Positions 60,492 to 64,000 of a DNA stretch of 64,000 nucleotides are shown in pieces (position 1 is the stretch's first letter; the number at the start of each line of letters is the position of its first letter). The translations under genes were made by a program, and so were the position numbers. Origin of the DNA: Alphaproteobacteria bacterium (GTDB taxonomy: Bacteria > Pseudomonadota > Alphaproteobacteria > Micropepsales > Micropepsaceae); assembly GCA_017983635.1 (NCBI GenBank), contig JAGOBA010000006.1, forward strand, positions 60,478 to 124,477, in the 5' to 3' direction. Under the pieces are notes generated by a model, which did no database searches, was not told the origin of the DNA, and was given only the letters and a program-made list of their open reading frames with translations.

Positions 60492-63095
60492 ATGAGCGGG
60501 ATATTCGGACCATCGGGTGGGCCATCGCGGCCCACGTTCGATTTTTCGGCGCTGGGGGATTACTACCTCGCGCAGTCCCAATTGCGCGCGCCAAGTGCGG
60601 CGAGCAAGCGGTCCGCGACCGCCGCCGTGTCGTTCGCGCCCTGGGCGCAGCGCAACCAAAACACGACGCCGATCACGAACTTGCGCGAGGCGCTTAGCGC
60701 GACGTCGTTCGTGAACACGCGCGACAGCGCGTTCGACAAGTCGAGCGTTGCGCCGGATCACAAGAAGCTGTTCGCGCTCTACAAAGGCTTGTCGCAATTG
60801 CGCGCGTTGGCGGCGCATTCGGCGGAGGAGAAGACACCTGCGGCCGAGCGTACGGGTCTGAATCGGCGGTTCGAAGCGGGCTTGCAAGAAATCAAATCTT
60901 ATCTCTCCGACAAAGCGTTTGACGAATTGACGATGCTGTTTGGGCAGCGCGCGTCGAAGGCGGATAGTGGGTTTCGCGTGCCGCGGCCGCCGTCGCTCTA
61001 TTCGGGGCCGTCGATCGTGAATGGGGCATCGAGCACGGTTGTCCCGGGGTTGACGGGGACAGAGGTCTTTACCGTCGCGGTGGCGAAGGCTGCCGGTACA
61101 ATCAACGTGACGATGGATCTGTCTCAGATTACGGGCGATCTTTCGCTCGATAGCGTGCTTGCCTATATGAACTCGCAGATGGCGGCGGCGGACCTTTCCA
61201 CGCGCTTCACGCGCACGGTGTTCGACGGCAAGACCAGCACGGATCCGAAGCGCTATGGCCTCGGCGTGCAAACAGTGGCGACGGAGCGGGTGACGCTCTC
61301 GGCGGCCAGTTCATCGCCGGCGGTTTATGTGGCGGGGCTGAGCGGCACGGGCACGACGCAGACGGGTCAGCTGATGAAGCTCACCGATCAGGGTTCCAGC
61401 ATCGCGAATAACTTCAACGCCAAGATTGCGCCGAGGACCGGCACTGCGGATGTGCGCGCGACGGCGACCGATGCGAACGGGAACGTCTTCGTCGTCGGCA
61501 GCGTGACAGGCGACCTTGGTGCCGGGATCGTGCAGGGCGATCGGGACGTTTATCTGCGCAAGTACGACGCCGCGGGACAGGTGATTTGGAGCCGGCTGTT
61601 GGGTTCGTCCGATCGCGCGAGCGGCTTAGCGCTTGCGGTCGACAGTTCCGGCAATGTCGCGATTGCGGGGAAGATCTCCGACCGGCTGTCGTCGTCGGCG
61701 ATCGGCGGCGGCGACGATACGTTCGTCAGCAAGTTCGACGCGGACGGCCGCGAAGTCTTCACCCGTCAGATTGCGCCGACGGCCGACGATCAGGCGAATG
61801 CGTTGACGTTCGGCGCCGATGGGTCGCTTTATGTCGCCGGGCAGACGAAAGGCGCGATGTCGGATGGCGTCACGCATGCCGGCGGTACGGACGCTTATCT
61901 GATGAAGCTAACGACGACGGGTTCGCTTGCGTATGTGCGGCAGTTCGGCGGCGCGGGCGACGATCGCGCAACGGCGGTTGCGGTCGACGGTAACGGCGAT
62001 GTCGTTTTGGGCACGGTCGAAGGCGGCGAAGCGAAGGTACGCAAGCTGCTGTCCAGCGACGGGACATCGCCTGCGGTTTGGGAGATGTCGCTCGGCGCGT
62101 TGGGGCAGGGGCAGTTGAGCTCGCTCGCCATCGACGGCGGCAATGTCTATGTCGGCGGCTCGACCAGCAATGCCGCGCTGGATGCAGGCGGGCAAGCGAC
62201 GATCGCGACCGCGCATGGCGGCCTCACCGACGGCTTCGTCATGAAGATTACCGACAGCGGCATGACGGCCGCAGCGGATTTCGTGTCCTATGTCGGCACG
62301 TCCGGCGACGATGGTGCGGCGGGTGTTGCGGTCGCGAACGGCGCGATCTATCTCGCCGGTTCTACGAACGGTAGTTTCAGCGGTGGTGCGGCGCCAGGCA
62401 AGACGAACGGTTATGTCGTCAAGCTCGACGGCAACGGCGCGCGCCTGTGGGCGCATCAGTACGAGAGCCCGCAAGGGGCTGCGTCGGCGACGGCGTTGAC
62501 GGTCGATCCGCAGGGCGCCTCGGTGCTCGACGCATTGGGGCTACCGCGCGGGACGATCGCCTTCGACGAGACGCGCCTCATCACGTCGGCATCGACTGTG
62601 CGGGCGGGCGACTATTTCTCGATCAAGGTGAACGGCGGGACGGCGCTCAAGATCACGGTCGCTGCCGGCGACACGATGCGGGCGCTGGTGACGCGGATCA
62701 ACTCGGCGATGCTGCTCAAGGGCGAGGCCACGTTGACGCGCAGCGGCGGCGACGGCGTGCGGCTCTCGGCCAAGGAAGGCAATGTGATCGAGTTGATCCG
62801 CGGCAGGGACGGGTACGATGCGCTGGCGGGCCTTGGGCTGGAGCCCGGCAAGCTTGACGCGGTGAAGAAAGACGTTGCGGCCTCGAACTTGACGAAGAAA
62901 GACAGAAACCTGTTCGCCTTGTCGCTCACCACCGATGTGATGATCGGCGATAAGCTGAAGGCGCGCACGGCGACCTATCAGTTGGCTTCGGCGATGGAAA
63001 CGATCAAGAACGCGTATCTGGTTCTGACGCGCCCTGCGCGGCCTGATGCGCAAACCCAGCGCGCACTGGCAAGCTACGGCCGCGTGGGCGGGTAG
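60492..63095 (+). CDS. 867-aa beta-propeller (SBBP-like) repeat protein, function unknown
   Basis: About six repeats pairing a G(N/S)(V/L)(F/Y)V(V/A)G...G strand with a D.Y(L/V).K.D..G...W strand (e.g. DANGNVFVVGSVTGDL...DVYLRKYDAAGQVIWSRLLG). Flanked by unique N-terminal (about 300 aa) and C-terminal (about 200 aa) regions. No signal peptide seen. Confidence 0.7.
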   Translation: MSGIFGPSGGPSRPTFDFSALGDYYLAQSQLRAPSAASKRSATAAVSFAPWAQRNQNTTPITNLREALSATSFVNTRDSAFDKSSVAPDHKKLFALYKGLSQLRALAAHSAEEKTPAAERTGLNRRFEAGLQEIKSYLSDKAFDELTMLFGQRASKADSGFRVPRPPSLYSGPSIVNGASSTVVPGLTGTEVFTVAVAKAAGTINVTMDLSQITGDLSLDSVLAYMNSQMAAADLSTRFTRTVFDGKTSTDPKRYGLGVQTVATERVTLSAASSSPAVYVAGLSGTGTTQTGQLMKLTDQGSSIANNFNAKIAPRTGTADVRATATDANGNVFVVGSVTGDLGAGIVQGDRDVYLRKYDAAGQVIWSRLLGSSDRASGLALAVDSSGNVAIAGKISDRLSSSAIGGGDDTFVSKFDADGREVFTRQIAPTADDQANALTFGADGSLYVAGQTKGAMSDGVTHAGGTDAYLMKLTTTGSLAYVRQFGGAGDDRATAVAVDGNGDVVLGTVEGGEAKVRKLLSSDGTSPAVWEMSLGALGQGQLSSLAIDGGNVYVGGSTSNAALDAGGQATIATAHGGLTDGFVMKITDSGMTAAADFVSYVGTSGDDGAAGVAVANGAIYLAGSTNGSFSGGAAPGKTNGYVVKLDGNGARLWAHQYESPQGAASATALTVDPQGASVLDALGLPRGTIAFDETRLITSASTVRAGDYFSIKVNGGTALKITVAAGDTMRALVTRINSAMLLKGEATLTRSGGDGVRLSAKEGNVIELIRGRDGYDALAGLGLEPGKLDAVKKDVAASNLTKKDRNLFALSLTTDVMIGDKLKARTATYQLASAMETIKNAYLVLTRPARPDAQTQRALASYGRVGG

Positions 63096-63108
63096 GGCTG
63101 GCCGGCGT

Positions 63109-63426
63109 CTACATTTCCATGTTCATCGCTTCGGCGACTTCGATTGTTCCGCCGATTTGAAGGTGAGGGCAGGGCTTTGCGACGGCGATGGCCGCCGTCA
63201 TGTCGCTTGCTTGAATGAGCATGAAACCCGAAATCGGGTTGGCGCCGCCGTCGTCGGCGACATTGTTGCTGCTCACCGTCTTTGAGGGGCCGACCGGCAT
63301 GCCCGGGTTCACCTTGGTGCTGCCGAGGCCGTCGCTCCACTGCCGCCACTTCTTCATGTAGGCGCCGGCTTCTTCGGGACTCTTGAAGCGGTGACCGCCA
63401 TGAAACGCAAACAAGTACTTGTTCAT
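63109..63426 (-). CDS. YciI-like (YCII-related domain) protein
   Basis: 105 aa; MNKYLFAFHGG...SGFMLIQASDMTAAIAVAKPCPHLQIGGTIEVAEA matches the YCII pattern. SD GGAGGAG lies upstream of ATG 63426. The upstream extension of the tracked ORF is rejected. Confidence 0.7.
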   Translation of the reverse strand: MNKYLFAFHGGHRFKSPEEAGAYMKKWRQWSDGLGSTKVNPGMPVGPSKTVSSNNVADDGGANPISGFMLIQASDMTAAIAVAKPCPHLQIGGTIEVAEAMNMEM

Positions 63427-63469
63427 CCGCTCCTCCGTTCGTGATTGCGCGGGACTTTGAGCAGATCGC

Positions 63470-63493
63470 AAAATATGATCAACAACATATTTT
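63470..63493. promoter_or_regulatory. inverted repeat AAAATATG-N8-CATATTTT, candidate TetR operator
   Basis: Lies in the 89-bp divergent region between the YciI-like gene and the TetR gene. Confidence 0.45.
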
Positions 63494-63515
63494 ATCACCT
63501 GCGCGGAGCGACCGT

Positions 63516-64000
63516 ATGCCCTACAGCAACGTCCATAAGCAGAAGACACGCGCGCGCATCGTCGAGTGCGCGCGGGTCCTCTTCAATCGGCATGGCTATG
63601 ACGACGTCAGCATCGACATGATCATGGCGGAAGCGAAGTTGACCCGCGGCGGTTTCTACAATCACTTCGGCAACAAGGAAGAGTTGTTCGCGGCGGCGGT
63701 TGCGAGCTTTCTCATGGGTCGCGGCGCCGCGTGGCGCACGGAATTCGGCGTCAGTTCGTCAAAGACCGCCCGCAAGGCTGCAGCGCAAATGCTGTCGGGC
63801 TATTTGTCGCGCGAACACCTCGGCGATCTCGACGGCCAGTGTCCCATGATTGCGTTGCCCTCGGACGTGGCACGCAACGGCCGCGAGGTTCAGGCGGCCT
63901 ATCAAGAACTTCTGACGGCGATGGTTGGCTTGTTCGAGAGCGGCTTGGGCGTTGAGAGGAGCAACGCTCGCCATTCGGCCTTGGTCTTGGCCGCACTCAG
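63516..64000 (+). CDS. TetR/AcrR-family transcriptional regulator (3' end outside window)
   Basis: Own translation from ATG 63516: MPYSNVHKQKTRARIVECARVLFNRHGYDDVSIDMIMAEAKLTRGGFYNHFGNKEELF... This is the TetR HTH signature. It is absent from the ORF track because no stop falls in the window. Confidence 0.85.
   Translation, partial: MPYSNVHKQKTRARIVECARVLFNRHGYDDVSIDMIMAEAKLTRGGFYNHFGNKEELFAAAVASFLMGRGAAWRTEFGVSSSKTARKAAAQMLSGYLSREHLGDLDGQCPMIALPSDVARNGREVQAAYQELLTAMVGLFESGLGVERSNARHSALVLAAL

Overview
High-GC alphaproteobacterial core chromosome with Rhizobiales/Hyphomicrobiales-like synteny, densely coding with many 1-4 nt start/stop overlaps. I see no transposase, integrase, phage, CRISPR or recognisable defence genes. 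Gene content: (1) a complete dcw division/cell-wall cluster, rsmH(partial)-ftsL-ftsI-murE-murF-mraY-murD-ftsW-murG-murC-murB-ddl-ftsQ-ftsA-ftsZ (1-17.4 kb); (2) a three-gene accessory insert (LysR regulator, membrane protein, secreted alpha/beta hydrolase), then lpxC, two small envelope proteins and bamD-recN-ligA; (3) mixed metabolic and detoxification genes (VOC proteins, aminopeptidase P, GlxA regulator with two DJ-1/PfpI proteins, prmA, uvrD, MBL hydrolase, CoA-transferase, D-aminoacylase, fumC, sspB, a MarR/MAPEG/OYE group, mscL, MFS); (4) thyA-GNAT-folA, SMP-30, GFA, mrp/apbC, hflK-hflC-degP, an 867-aa beta-propeller-repeat protein, a YciI-like protein and a partial TetR gene. Features the ORF track cannot show: a circularly permuted two-piece tmRNA gene (ssrA, minus strand, about 51.13-51.40 kb, tag ANDNEMALAA); two copies of a five-hairpin REP-like element with compensatory stem changes, one of them inside the dcw operon between murB and ddl; two other nested palindromic intergenic elements; a roughly 240-bp AT-rich long inverted repeat (MITE-like) next to mrp; and two GAAC-N7-GAAC LexA-type boxes. 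The best candidate for something undescribed is the 540-bp AT-rich spacer at 39.3-39.9 kb. It has an iteron-like array of CCGTAAC/CCGCTAC repeats and a LexA-type box, and it lies upstream of a translationally coupled RHH / DUF4169 / CoA-transferase operon. I do not see a clear novel multi-gene system. Most of the window is ordinary housekeeping, and all family assignments rest on motif recognition by eye, not database searches.
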